From NCBI GenBank assembly GCA_000708835.1, contig DF237248.1:44499-108498 (forward strand): a stretch of DNA of 64,000 nucleotides, given 5' to 3'. This stretch comes from Klebsormidium nitens (taxonomy: Eukaryota; Plantae; Klebsormidiophyceae). A model generated the notes under the pieces. That model was given only the letters and a program-made list of their open reading frames with translations. It was not told the origin of the DNA and did not search any database. A program made the position numbers and the translations under genes. Shown here one piece after another: positions 43,701 to 55,356 of the stretch (positions are counted from its first letter, which is position 1; every line of letters starts with the position of its first letter).

Positions 43701-46700
43701 AAGAGGGGGGCTCAGATTGGGAGTTTTAGGCGCTCAAATTGGGAAAGTAGAGTGGGTATGGGCGGGGAGCAGCAAAAAAACTCGGGCTTAAGTTTCTGAT
43801 TTCAGCTGGAGACTTCCATTCCGGAGGCTAAGCATCCCTGGTTCAAGAGTCAACCCCTTACCCGCCAAGGCGATGGTTGTGGCTGCCGTGTCGATCCCGC
43901 CAGCAACACCGCCAAAGTACAAAAGTACAAAATCATCGAAACAAAATATCGATATCATAACAGCAATAAATATACTTCCAACGTGATATGATATTCGATG
44001 TGATATGATATTCAATTGATAGTTCTAGTCCAAACGTTCAAAAAGCAAACACACCGCACCCGCCATGGCGATGGTTGTGGCCGTCGTGTCGGACCCCGCG
44101 AGCAGCACCTCCATCGCGATTGCCCGGATCTCCCGGTCGGTCAGCTTCCGCCCCGTGTCCTTCACGCGCGCCGTCCTGGACATGACGTGAGCGTGACGTC
44201 AGCCTTCAACCGCTCTTCGAGTCCAACAGGGTGCTAACGCTGCTTCCTGCGCGTCTTCGATTCGCAGCAGCAGGAAGCGGCTTGTACATTTACCCGCCTC
44301 TGCGGGTGGCGCAGACCCCAAGTCGCACTTCTCTTTCCTGTCTTTCTCCTTCTCGACCTACATGAGTCCCTTTTTGAGCGGCCAATTAGCCTGCTTTGAC
44401 TTGCGCAGCTCCCTCATCCTTGAAGAAGAGAAGACGCAGCATTGCCAGCAACGCTATCAGGCCTCCCCAGAAGAAAAAGCGAACCCATCCTTTCATCCAA
44501 GCACACGATGGATGCCGAATTCTAAAAGCAAGGATGACTCCTCAAACACGGCGTCGGGTTCCCGACACGCACTAGTGGCGTCTGAGTTTCGAGGCAGTTC
44601 CTCATGCGACGAACTCAAATTGCATCCGAAAAAGGTGCCTCGGCGCAATACTGGCCAATCACGCGATCTCTGGTTGCCAGGGCGCTAAGAGTCACAGAGT
44701 CCTAACCCCATACTCACAGGGTCCTAACCCCATACTCACAGGGTCCTAACCCCATACCACAGGGTCCTAACCCCATACTCACAGGGTCCTAACCCCATAC
44801 TCACAGAATCCTAACCCCATACTCACAGGGTCCTAACCCCATACTCACAGGGTCCTAACCCCATACGCACCTGGCCAAGTACGTCAGGAAGTCGCTCGAG
44901 CGCATGACGTCATCCTCGCCGCCACGTGCCCTCCTCTCGGCCGCCGTCCGCTCCGCGACGTCCATCAGAAACTTGCGGTTCTCGAACCCGACCCGTTCCA
45001 TGGTGCCCGGTACGAGCTTCATCAGCCCTGCGATGCAGTCTTGCACTGCCCGGGGGAAGAACAAACCGACGACCGTCTCGAGCGGTGCGCCGCTCCCGAT
45101 CTTGATCGTGTTGATCAGCTTGTTTGCGGCGACGACCAGAGGGCCGGTTTCAGCATCGGTCTGCGCTTCGAACTGTATAGCGGAAACGGAAGCTATCAAG
45201 GATCTGAATCTGCAACATTTCTGAACAACTTTCCAACGGATCTTTGTTGACCTCACTGCCATTGTTGATGAGCTTCTTTGCAGCGACGACCAGAGGGCCG
45301 GTTTACGCATCGGTCTGCGCTTCGAACTGCGCATCAAAAAGGGAAGTATCAATTAACGGAGTCAGCAAGTAGTTCAAAAATCTCGCAAAATGAACAGATT
45401 CAATCGTGTTGATGAACTCATTTGCCGCGACGACCAGAGGGCCGGTTTCCTCATCGGTCTGCGCTTTGAACTGCACACCCAAATGGGCAATGAACAGAGT
45501 TGGCGACCTTTCTAGGTATGTCGACTATCATTCGGATCGAGCAGGGAGACATATAGAGCATCTGAGCGAGGACGAGCTGAGGCGGAACTTCAAACACGAA
45601 GCTTTTACGTTTAGTGGTCTCGCGGCTTCGCTACAACCGGGGGAAGCTCCCTGAGACTCTCCAACTGTCACACAAGCAATCTCAAAGAACCTTAAGATGC
45701 GGTGAAGAAACCTCACGTCGACTCCAAAGGCGGCCTTTCCAATGATGTCGAACGACAGCTGTTGCGTCAGCTGCTTGACCTCCACGGGCTCCCCCTTGGC
45801 GGCCGCTTCCGTCATCCGCGCACGCATCTTGCTCAGCGCCCCGTGCATCGCGGGCGCGTACGCCTCGAGCTGTTCGGTGTGGAACAGCGGCATGACCGCG
45901 CTTCGGGCCCCGGCCCAATATGCGCCCCTGAACGGAAAAGGAGAAACACTTTTACTTTCAAACTTTTGTGTGAGCGTGTCATCGATTTTCACAATCCCTC
46001 AGGCAGAGTTAGTGGGTACGCTTCGAGCTGTTCGGTGTGGAAACGCGGCATGACCGCACTCCTGGCCCCATCCCAATATGCACTCCTAGAAGAGGGAAAA
46101 CAAGGTTTTCCTTTCATACACTAGGATCATAACTCTGCTTCTGAAGTGTTTTGACTGTTTACTTCTAGAAATATATGAGGACATTTTACGTCAGCACTGG
46201 TGCAAGAGGGTTCGAGCTGTTTGGTGTGGAACGCCGCATCACTGCGTCCTGGCCCCAGCCCAATATGCCCCCTTGAAGGAAGACAGAGGATGACAAATGA
46301 GGATTTTGCCAACTATCGTTTCCGACTCTAAAGCACCGATAGGTGCGCCTCGGGCTGTTTGGTGCGGAAGAGGGGCATTACTGCGCTCCTGCCGCCAATC
46401 CAATATGCCCCCTTGAAACAAAATTACTGGGCATCTGGCGATTCCTCAAAACTTCGTAGTAAGTCACATCGCGAAACGTGTGCTTCTTTCCGACCGCTAT
46501 TGCCCTTCTACGAAGCAAGTAGGCACGCTGACGCGATACATGGTACTAGAGTTAGACGAAGAGAAAGCGAAGGAAGGGACGGAAGGGGCAGATAGATAAA
46601 CAAGATTTTAGCAAGACGGGAAGAAAAGGGACGAAGGGGCAAGACGAATAAGTAGAACAGACAAAGCACCCCAGGAGAATCTCGAAAGCCACCATCACTT

Positions 46701-48096
46701 TTAGACGAAAAAACCGTCCGCCGAAAAGCAACCAGAGATGATTCCAGAAGCCGTCCTCACTTCGAAAAGACGAGACTGTCCGCCGCAGTTTCGATGGACT
46801 GCATCGCCTTAACTGACAACATCCTACGTCCGCAGAAAACCACCCAGACAGGAACGCAAAAAGTCGTCCTTACTTTGAGAAGACGAGACCGTCGGGCGCC
46901 GTTTCTATGGATTGCATGGCCGTGCGGTCATGAAAGTCGTGGAACAGCGTCAAGCCCACGTTTTTGCTGAGCTCCGGGTCAGCGAGCACGACGATCGGTG
47001 TGGGGCCCATGAAGAACCGGTACACAGGTCCATATTGCAAAGACCACTGGTAGACTGCCTCGTGGTACTCGTTCTTGAAGAGCTCGGGGAGGTTTCCGAC
47101 CAAGGGACGGAAGGGCGGGCCTGAAAGGAAAGGAGTACGATCAGATGAGAGTTCTGTCGGGAGGGCTTGATACAAATTTTTCAATTGTGGGGGTGCTTAT
47201 GAAAAGAATCGACAGGGATTGCCTGAGGCAGAAGAACGCGTGCTTCACGGAAAAGTGTCACAATCCTTCAAAAAGCTGGACATAGAAAGTCTGTTTTCAC
47301 ATCGTCAACTTTGAAATATGGGAACGATCGATGGATGGGTGGAAGAGTTGGCCTGTGTGAAGAGAGAAGGGTGTGACTGGCTCAAACCATCTTACAAGAT
47401 TCAAAAGCCAGACCTCTTTCATCTGTTACGTCCTTGTATTGGTGAGAAAGACAGAAGAAACTGAGTACCTGAAAGGGCGTATGGGGCACCTAGGCAAGAG
47501 AGCGTATTTCATTTGTTAAACCATCGGAGCTTTCATTAGACAAATACGTTCTGAGCAGGTTTCCAAACCAGGGAGACTCCAAACATTGGGGAAGGGCATG
47601 CCTGGGGGAAGAAGTGGGCCCATGAGAACTGGCTGAATGGCCTGACCTTTCCTACACTTGGACAATTTAGCGCTTCCATTCTTCTTCAGCTTTTGCTGCT
47701 CCAGTTCCTCAACGATCTTAAAAGGTAGTCTGCCCCAGCAGAAACTCGTTTGAAAGCGCCTGACAGATCTGACGTTTCATACAGTGCGACGACACCAGTT
47801 CCCATGGGAGAAGTATTTTAGCCCTTCAGCCACTAGTCATTTCACATTAGTAGCGCCAATGTTTGAGACGGTAGCCTTGGATTCGAACCGCCCCTAATCA
47901 GCCACTCACCTGCAATATGGCGGAACTTGACAGCGGGAGCAATCGCCCAATGGTACAGTGCCAGCAAGACAGGAGCCGCGAGCACAATCAACGCTTGGCC
48001 CATTATGATGCTGAGCATGAGCGTCCCTCCCAGAAAGAGAGTGGACCCAACGTGCCTGAGTTTCCAGTCCTCCCTATACTTTGAGGTGGAAGTCAT
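40745..48096 (-). CDS. Cytochrome P450, CYP711 (MAX1) clan-like, about 537 aa
   Basis: Exons 47910-48096, 46874-47120, 45717-45927, 44871-45172, 44060-44175, 42926-43050, 41718-41956, 41211-41240 and 40745-40901 join in phase. N-terminal TM, I-helix AGSDTT, K-helix ETLR, FRPERF, HPYAYLPFG and heme motif FGLGPRMCVG are present. Clan assignment is from recalled similarity (HPYA.lPFG, FRPERFDP). Confidence 0.95.
41346..41482. repeat. Dispersed intronic element of about 135 bp, copy 1
   Basis: Shares ctcttcaat.tag, gtaagctc, atcacccgctccgcaccc and ccccaaactaaccc.acccgtcccaggc.g.ttggct with 43264-43410. Confidence 0.8.
41975..42475 (-). repeat. Degenerate G-rich (plus strand) intronic array; the sense strand is rich in CTTAAC/CTGAAC/CCCCGG
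   Basis: Recurring aaaccgggg...ggttaag/taag units of about 25-30 nt upstream (sense) of the P450 acceptor at 41957. Confidence 0.7.
43264..43410. repeat. Dispersed intronic element of about 135 bp, copy 2
   Basis: Same orientation and conserved blocks as 41346-41482. Confidence 0.8.
43856..43915 (-). repeat. Copy of the P450 I-helix exon end plus donor
   Basis: cttacccgccaaggcgatggttgtggctgccgtgtcg versus the true cgcacccgccatggcgatggttgtggccgtcgtgtcg at 44055-44091. Confidence 0.85.
44700..44870 (-). repeat. 22-bp minisatellite, 8 units, abutting a P450 donor site
   Basis: Unit tcctaaccccatactcacaggg (sense strand CCCT GTGAGTA TGGGGTTAGGA); the terminal unit contains the real donor gtgcgta at 44870. 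Confidence 0.92.
45262..45478 (-). repeat. Two copies of the P450 exon-4 acceptor plus exon start
   Basis: gcgacgaccagagggccggttt...catcggtctgcgctt.gaactg recurs at 45262-45335 and 45403-45478 (true about 45110-45180). Confidence 0.9.
46017..46805 (-). repeat. Three copies of the P450 exon-3 acceptor/start and one to two copies of the exon-2 end/donor
   Basis: Acceptor-side copies at 46017-46092, 46211-46279 and 46346-46418; donor-side copy at about 46750-46805 (gtcctcacttcgaaaagacgagactgtc) and a weaker one at about 46690-46730. Confidence 0.88.
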
Positions 48097-49541
48097 TTTC
48101 TTTGACAAGTCTCTAGTCAGCTTTCTGATGAAGAATCAATGCTGTTGCTTCACTGTCTCCAGAGCGGAAGCATGGTCAACATGGCACTTTGACTCTGATG
48201 TGGTGGAAAGAATGAGTTGTAGTCAACTCCTCTCGAATCAACTCCTAAAGCAACTCGGGGCAAACTCCGTATGGCAGTGGTACTCATTCAACCTATACTT
48301 CGAGGGGAAGGACTACAAAAGATGACGGGATGCACAAGGGTGCTGCACTCCTGCACTTTGTGCGACCAGCGGACTTTCTTCGCTTGTGATGCACATCCCC
48401 AAAAAGAAGTTGCTCTGGACAAAGAGCTTTTCAGCTTGCTGCGACACCCCCCTGCTCAGTGCTGCAAATGCAACGCTGTGCACAGGTCCACCCGCTTGCT
48501 TCTGAACCCCTCCCCTGATGTCAGTGTTTGGTGAGGTGAACTACACTTTCCAAGCCAGAACTTGACCTGAAGCTTTCACTTGAAGCTTTGGCCCTGCATG
48601 GAGCAAATGAAGGTTTAATCTTAATTTAAACTTTCATATGAGTTTCAAGACAATGACACCTGGCACACGACCAGGCTTGCGTGCCACCACTGTCTGAAGT
48701 GTTGGTCGCACGTCGCCATATTTGAATCGGATGAGCTCGGGGAATCCGGCCGGTGGAGGCAGCCGACCTGTTACCGACCCGCCAGGCTGCCACTAACTTT
48801 CTACTACCGACCCACTGAGCTCGGCTGTAAAACTCCTACCGGCAGCTTATAAGGTTTGGGGGCGACCGAAGTCCTTGCACAAATTTGAAATTTTCGAGAG
48901 GGGAAAGAGGGGGGAAAGAGACTCGAGAGTCGAGAGAGGGAGAGAGAAAGGCGAGAGAGAGGCTCATGCAGGCTGAGGAGGTGTGCTGTCTTCATTGTCG
49001 GACGCACATTTTGAAAACTTGTTGAGAAGGGTGGAATGATGTGAAGGGCGGCTGTAGAGTCTTGTCTTGGTCGTTGTCTTTGAAGATCTGTCCAAAGGCG
49101 CAAATGCAGAAGGGGCGAAATCCAGTTTGCGTGAGCCAGTTGTGAGTAAAGCTGCTGGATGGCAAGCTACCTCAGTCACCCTTTTCGAAGGTTCTTCACC
49201 ACCTGACTTGCAATAGTGAACCATCAGCATTATATTAGAGCTAAGATCTGGGTGCAAGCGATCAAAAAAAGGACGTTGATGCAGTGGGGAGGTTGGTGCA
49301 GACCTGTGTTTCCTCTGAGATCTGTCCGGTCAGGTTGGTGGAAAGGGCATTCCAGTATTTGAAGATTGGTACATTCCTTAGCGAGTTGGCATTCCTGGTG
49401 GACAAAAGTCTCAGGAACATACTGAACTAGAACAGAAGTTTTGGAGGAGCGAACAGTGTCAGCTCATCGCCAGCCACAACATTTAAGCAGCCTCGCGAGT
49501 CTGCAAGGAGAAAGGGCGAGGGGCGATGCAGAATTGCCGGG

Positions 49542-52500
49542 ATGTCCGACAAGAATGGCCTCTCCTTCTCACGTAGCAGCATTGGAACCCCTTGGCCGTT
49601 ATCAACAAGTCAGAAGCTGAACCCCATTGCTGAGGAAGGCCCAGGGAGAGACCCGCTCAGCTGGAGCATGCCTACCCTTGGCAAACCCGCTGTGAAGGGC
49701 AGAATGGGACAGTCGCAAGCCAAACCGCCCCTACTGGCAATGTTCCTGAGCCTCTGCATGGGCGTCTTTCTGTCGGGCTTTCTTTTCAGCTGTGAGTTTC
49801 ACCAGTTTGGTCACCACCATTTGATTTTAAAAATCAATGTTGCTTGAAGGTTGACCTTGTGCACTTACCACCATCGGCATTTTAGTGACTCACTGCGAAG
49901 GCTGTAGACCCTTTTCAAGCTACAGATAATGATGTGCAAGGGGCGGTTGTGATGGACATGAAAAGGCAGAAATGAAGGTTTTGATGTACTTGCCAGACTT
50001 AACCGGTCCTGTCATGCCACTTTGGTTGACCCTTGCAACAACAAGGCACTTACCATCAATTGACACAGAGCTGTTGCTATGTAGTGATCTTGACATCTCT
50101 GAAAGATGACCCCAAAATACTCTTCGTCAACTTCAAATGTGGCTCAGAGAGCACTTGGTGCAGTACTCGCCTCTTTGCAGCCCCTTAAAAAAGGTGCTGC
50201 TATTCAAAGCACTGCCTACCTGAGCACTTGTCCCTCCTGCCATCAACCACTAGATTAGTGGTATCCACTTTGAGGAGTTTGTGCAGCTTTTCTGGCACAT
50301 CAAGGAACCAGAGATGCAAGATTGCACGCAATGCTGCAAGCTTTATGACCGTTCGTAACTAATCCAGTCCACATGGTCTGTGTGGTCAATTGTCGCTTTG
50401 CATAAAAAGTGGTGGTCAATTGCGCTCCTGACTATGTAAACTGTGCCGCGCAAACCTAGACGCCCTGCTGGCTCTCATCTGCAACCCAGTGTCTTCTGGT
50501 CATGCCAACAGCAGGTCAATTCTTTGCACCAACTCAAAATGTTTATTCAGACACCTCCTCTTTTTGCAAAGCTTCACAAATGTGCAATTCATTGATCTTC
50601 CCTCCCCCTTTGCAGCATCGCTGCCGTATGGTGGCAGCATGTGGGGAGCGCAGCAAGCCCCTACAACGAGCATACTCAACACCAAATCTTATGATGAGCA
50701 TGTTGCGAACCTGCTGTCAGGCTTGAGAGACCTGCGGCAAGAGATGGACAGGTAAGGCCACGGACAGCAACTCTTTGTTCGTACCTTCATATACTTGGGC
50801 CAACAAACAAGGGAGGAACCTTCCACATCCTTTTTGACTCCTGGTACTTGATCATGCAATCCGCATGTCTGGTCGTTCAGGGGGAGTGGCTGGAAGCCAC
50901 TTGAAGGACCTATTTGGACGAGCTTAGGATGGGAGTTCGTAATTCAGCATCAGTGTCAAGGGGCTTTATCCCAAAACCTTGGGCCAGAAAGCTCTTTGGC
51001 TCTCAAGCAGGAGAGAGCTGTGAAGCTCTTACCTTGATCAAGCTGGCCATGTATTTTGCCGTTAGTATATGGTTTCTCCTATCCTTGACGAAGGAAGCTG
51101 TTGAAACTGTGTTCAACCCATTGAACACGCCGAGGTCGTGCATCAATGGGCGCTGTGCTCATCGCCGCTGCCAGTGCAAAGTGGTTGCCGAGAAGGCCAG
51201 TATCCTCAGGAGAAGTGAGGACGCAGGAGCGTGGCTTGGTCCGTTGCTTCGCTTCCTCCTCTTCTAAATCGGATGTGTTGATCTTCAAACGGTGTTAGGA
51301 GCACTGTCAGTGGTTATGTGTCTGGTCTTCCTGTTAGTGTGTAGCAACAGGTGCTTGTAGTGACGGCGAACGGCGTTTAAGTGCCAGTCTGTTGAGCATC
51401 GGCCTTAAGATCGGGGGGAACTTTGTAGTAGAACTCCAAGTACGTCCGTTTTCATCTACTGGTATGGCGTCCTTAGAGATTGGCTGCGCCTCTAGTTCGA
51501 ATGGTGTCGCAACGTGAGGGCTTTTGTCCCGCAAGACAAGCGCAGTGGGAGACATGCTTGGTCCGGAAGATGGGGAATGAATATTCCTTCTTGCGACATC
51601 TTGAAGAAAGGGAACCTTGGAATCCTTTCATCAATGAGTGGGAAAGACAGAAAGCTTCATGCCAGAACTCTTTATTGAGACGGTATGGTTTACGGACGGG
51701 AGAACCTTTTCAGTGTCGTACAGAGAGCACAAACCTCTGCCGTAAAGAACCAATCAAAATGACCGATTGTGCAGAGCGGAGCAAGGGATGGCGGAATCGG
51801 GGGATGCTTTGAGCAACGCGCTGGCCACTCAGGAGTTGGAGATCGAGTTGCATCACTTGCGGGGCGAGTATGTACGGCTGCTCAAGACGACGGAGGAGCT
51901 TCGGAAGAACCTGACTGACATGAGGTCCCTGGTAAGCAGTCAAGCGATTATAGTAATAGTGGCCTAGAATGACGGGAACTGGGCTCCTGTAAGCTCGCGC
52001 TGACCGTGATTCAACCTAGAGCAGTTACCCAAGTCGAGAGGTAAAGCACCATGCGTGAACGATCCTGCCATCTGGAGGTTGCATGCAAGCTACCAAAGCT
52101 CAGATTTAAGGAGGAAAGACTAGCCTCGCAGCAATCGCAGGGAGGCCTGCGTAGACCATCTGCGTCTGATTGCTTTTGTTTTCGAAGTTTCAGATCTATC
52201 TTTTCATCTGGTCTTCAACGGTACCACCAGTGATTATTATACGGCTCCCCACACGTGTCCTTCCGCTTTTGGGTCCTAGCTTGTGCTTCAGAGTTTGCTT
52301 TTCACTTCGGGTTAAGCCACTGGCTCTCTTTGGTTGCGGTTTACTATACTTCATTCCCATCAACGGCTTGTTTTATCCTTCCCCTGCGTCCAGGTCAATC
52401 CGACGGCTCTAGCGGTGCGTGACATTGACGAGTCTCACTTGCGGCCCGAGGGGAGCATGTCGCGCATCGTAGACAGCAAGGGGGAGGCGTTCTTCTGCGA

Positions 52501-55356
52501 CCGCTCGCATCCCGACGGAGACTTCTGCCTCATCCATGGGGACATCCGAATTGACTCAAAGAGCAGCACGATCGTCATGTATGCGGTAAGAAGGACTGCC
52601 ATGCCCCAGCTGATGAAGGATTGTCTCCATAAATGCCGGCTGGAACCAGTTCATTTCCTGGCCAATCAGCTGTCAGACAATTGCCATCAACTCTGATCGG
52701 CAGGAAGCTGTCTCGTGTCAAGCGCCAGCTCAGGGTCAAGTAGATACTGAGTGGATGCTTATCATGCGCTAAGGTGTGAGCTTCGACCGACGATCTTGTC
52801 TTGAAGGCGACTCCTCGAGGCGGAGCGGTTCGGCAACCCTCAAGCGGTCCTTGCAGGCTTCCTCTGGGAGCTAAGAAGATGCATCATTACAGATTGTGAT
52901 CAAGCGCTTACTCAAAACCAAACCTCACACAACCGCTAACCGCGGAGACGAAGCAGACGACTCCACGAGGCACATTGATTGTGCAATCCTTGCTTCGTGC
53001 CCGTCGAGGCTTAGGTTTTAACTGAATGCTGATGGACTCGATACAGATTCCAATTAAGCGCTAATGAAACGCCTCGTTTGCAGACCAAGGAGACGACTCC
53101 GCGGGGCACGTTGACGGTGCAGCCGTTTGCGCGGAAATGGGACGCGGAGCTCATGCGGGCGGTCACGCCCGTGGTGGCGGACGCAAGCGGGCCGGACGGG
53201 TGCCCGCAGAAGTACACCCCGTGCGCAAACATGCGCATGGTGCCGGCGGTCATCTTTGCCGGGGGGGGTTTCACAAACAGGTGAGGAGCATCTAGGGACG
53301 GCGCTGAACTGGTTTTCGAAGCTAAGGGTTTTTCAATGACTCATTGATGTTGTGGGTCCTGGTAGTCTGGCCGAAGGAAAGGCAGTACAGGGGCTAGAGG
53401 TTCGCCATCGACCGCCTTTCGGTTGTGTCTGCATTCGAAGCTTCGGCGGAAGGAGTCGGCGTTGCAAACAACCACTTTTTTGTTGGGGATACGGAGCCGA
53501 GGAGCCGCTGCCCAGACTGAGAGGCCCAGCCTTCTGATCCAAACGGAAACCAAGCTCAAGCTTTTGGATTGTAGTTGTGGGGCTCCTAAAAGTTTTCCGT
53601 CCTTCCATCGCAAGCATGTGAATCTAGTTGCACGTTCTGACAGGTTTGACACGCTCTTCCTTTCTGTTTCTTCCCCCCCGAGAAAGGTGATTCTGATACA
53701 GATTTCTGATCCAGGTCGCCGAAGGCGGATCGAGGTTAGCCGTTGGTTCTCCAGGCGCCATTTTGCAGGCGTCCATGGCTGGACCATGCCGTTCTCGACT
53801 GGAATGCGTTATCGCGGCCAGTTGAAACCCCAGTCCCGTCGTTTCCCATGCCTCTATCCATGTCTACCCCGACCTCTAGTCACGTTCTCCAACCGACGCT
53901 AACCTTTGACGCAGCACACACAGCATATCAAACCGCTCCATCCACTAGTCAATTTGCATACGTCCAAAGTCAGAAGTCCAACCCACGTCTAACCCAGAAT
54001 CTTAACCCGTTCCACAGCACGTATGACGACCTGCGCGAGGTGTTCCTACCGCTCCACAACACCATCCACCAGTACGACAGCGAGGTCGTGCTCATGGTTA
54101 CCGATAACCACAACTGGGTTAAGCAACACCTGGACGTGCTGCGCTCGTTCACCAAGTACCCCATCCGCCTCCTCAAAGACGACCGCGACATTGCGGGGAA
54201 CCTGCTGCAGGCCGAGTGTTACCGCCACGTCATCGTTGGGCTGCGTATGGATCTTACGGTGCCGGACCACAGCCCGGGCCGACCACGGGTGAGCCATTCT
54301 GGCTCCAAGCGTTCTAGCGTGTGAGCGTTTCCGCGTTCTCCGAAACGGAGTGCGAAAGCTACTATTGTCTGGGGCTCGGGCTGGATGTTTTAAGCAGGCC
54401 AGCAGTGTATGCACGTAAGGTCTTGATGCGACAAGAAGCTTTCACGGATCAGCATCTTCTTTGTCACAGTTTTCTGTAGGAAAGGTTATGGGCTACTTTG
54501 TCGAACCCTTCCTATGCAGGTTTGTCAAGACGTCTCGGCTTGTCTTCTTTCCAACTCAATACGGTTTCGGGAATGTAGCAAGCTTTCTTGCGCTTCTTGC
54601 CCCGGAGTGCTCGTGCTGAACCAACTTCACAACTTGCAGCTCGACCCCCCAGACGAGAAGCGCCTGTCTTCCACCCTTTTAGCGTACTCCCAAGTCATTG
54701 CGCGGCGCATGCGGCTCCCCCCCAGCCAACCCATTGGAGAATGCCTCGCCGGGGCTAGCCCACAAAAACCAGTGCTCGGTTTGCTCGTGCCAAAATCAGA
54801 AAGCTTACAGCGCACGGGGCGGGGCCTAGCAAACGCCGAGGAAGTCGGGCGGATCGCCCGGCAGATGGGGTTCACGGTCCAAGCGATCGGCACGGGAAAT
54901 GGGACGTACGTAGACCTCGTCAAATTCATGCGGGGCGCGGACGTGTTGGTCGGGATGGCGGGCGACGAGTTGGGCCATTTGGTACACCTACGGCCCAAAG
55001 CGGTGGTGATGCAAATCATCGGGTTCGGGGAGACAGGGTTCCCGGGCGCGACGGCCGGGCGGGAGTACCAAGACTTGGCGAAGTTACTAGGGTTGCGGTA
55101 TCTAGAGTGGGTTGCCGGGCTGGAGGAAAGCTCGATCGGGAGGGAGCCGGGCGAGCGGCAAACTCCGGCGAAGGTGTGGTCCGGAAAGTCCGCAGCGGCT
55201 GCTGCGGCAATCTATCGGAGACAGGTCGTCACGGTGCCCGAAGACGCCCTCCGGTCGCAGCTAGCGGAAGCTAAGGAGCACTTGCTGGCGCTTGGTAGAC
55301 AGCATGCAAAGGCGCGGGGGGTAAAAGATCCCAGGACTCGGGGTAGCGACCTTTGA
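49542..55356 (+). CDS. Glycosyltransferase family 61 (DUF563)-like type II membrane protein, about 639 aa
   Basis: Exons 49542-49791, 50616-50751, 51775-51931, 52394-52585, 53084-53280, 54018-54288 and 54640-55356 join in phase. TM anchor, coiled-coil-like stem, CDRSH..DFC.IHGDIR, QPFARKWD, PAVIFAGGGF, CYRHVIVGL, R.LANAEEV, ADVLVG, LRPKAVVMQI and LGLRYLEW follow the plant GT61 layout. Confidence 0.88.

Noticed and set aside
44700-44870. CRISPR-like regular repeat
   Set aside because: Units are head-to-tail without unique spacers, the context is a eukaryotic intron, and no cas genes are present.
53760-54017. Possible decayed acceptor/exon copy in a GT61 intron (ccgctccatccactagt)
   Set aside because: The match is too short and gapped to separate from chance by eye.
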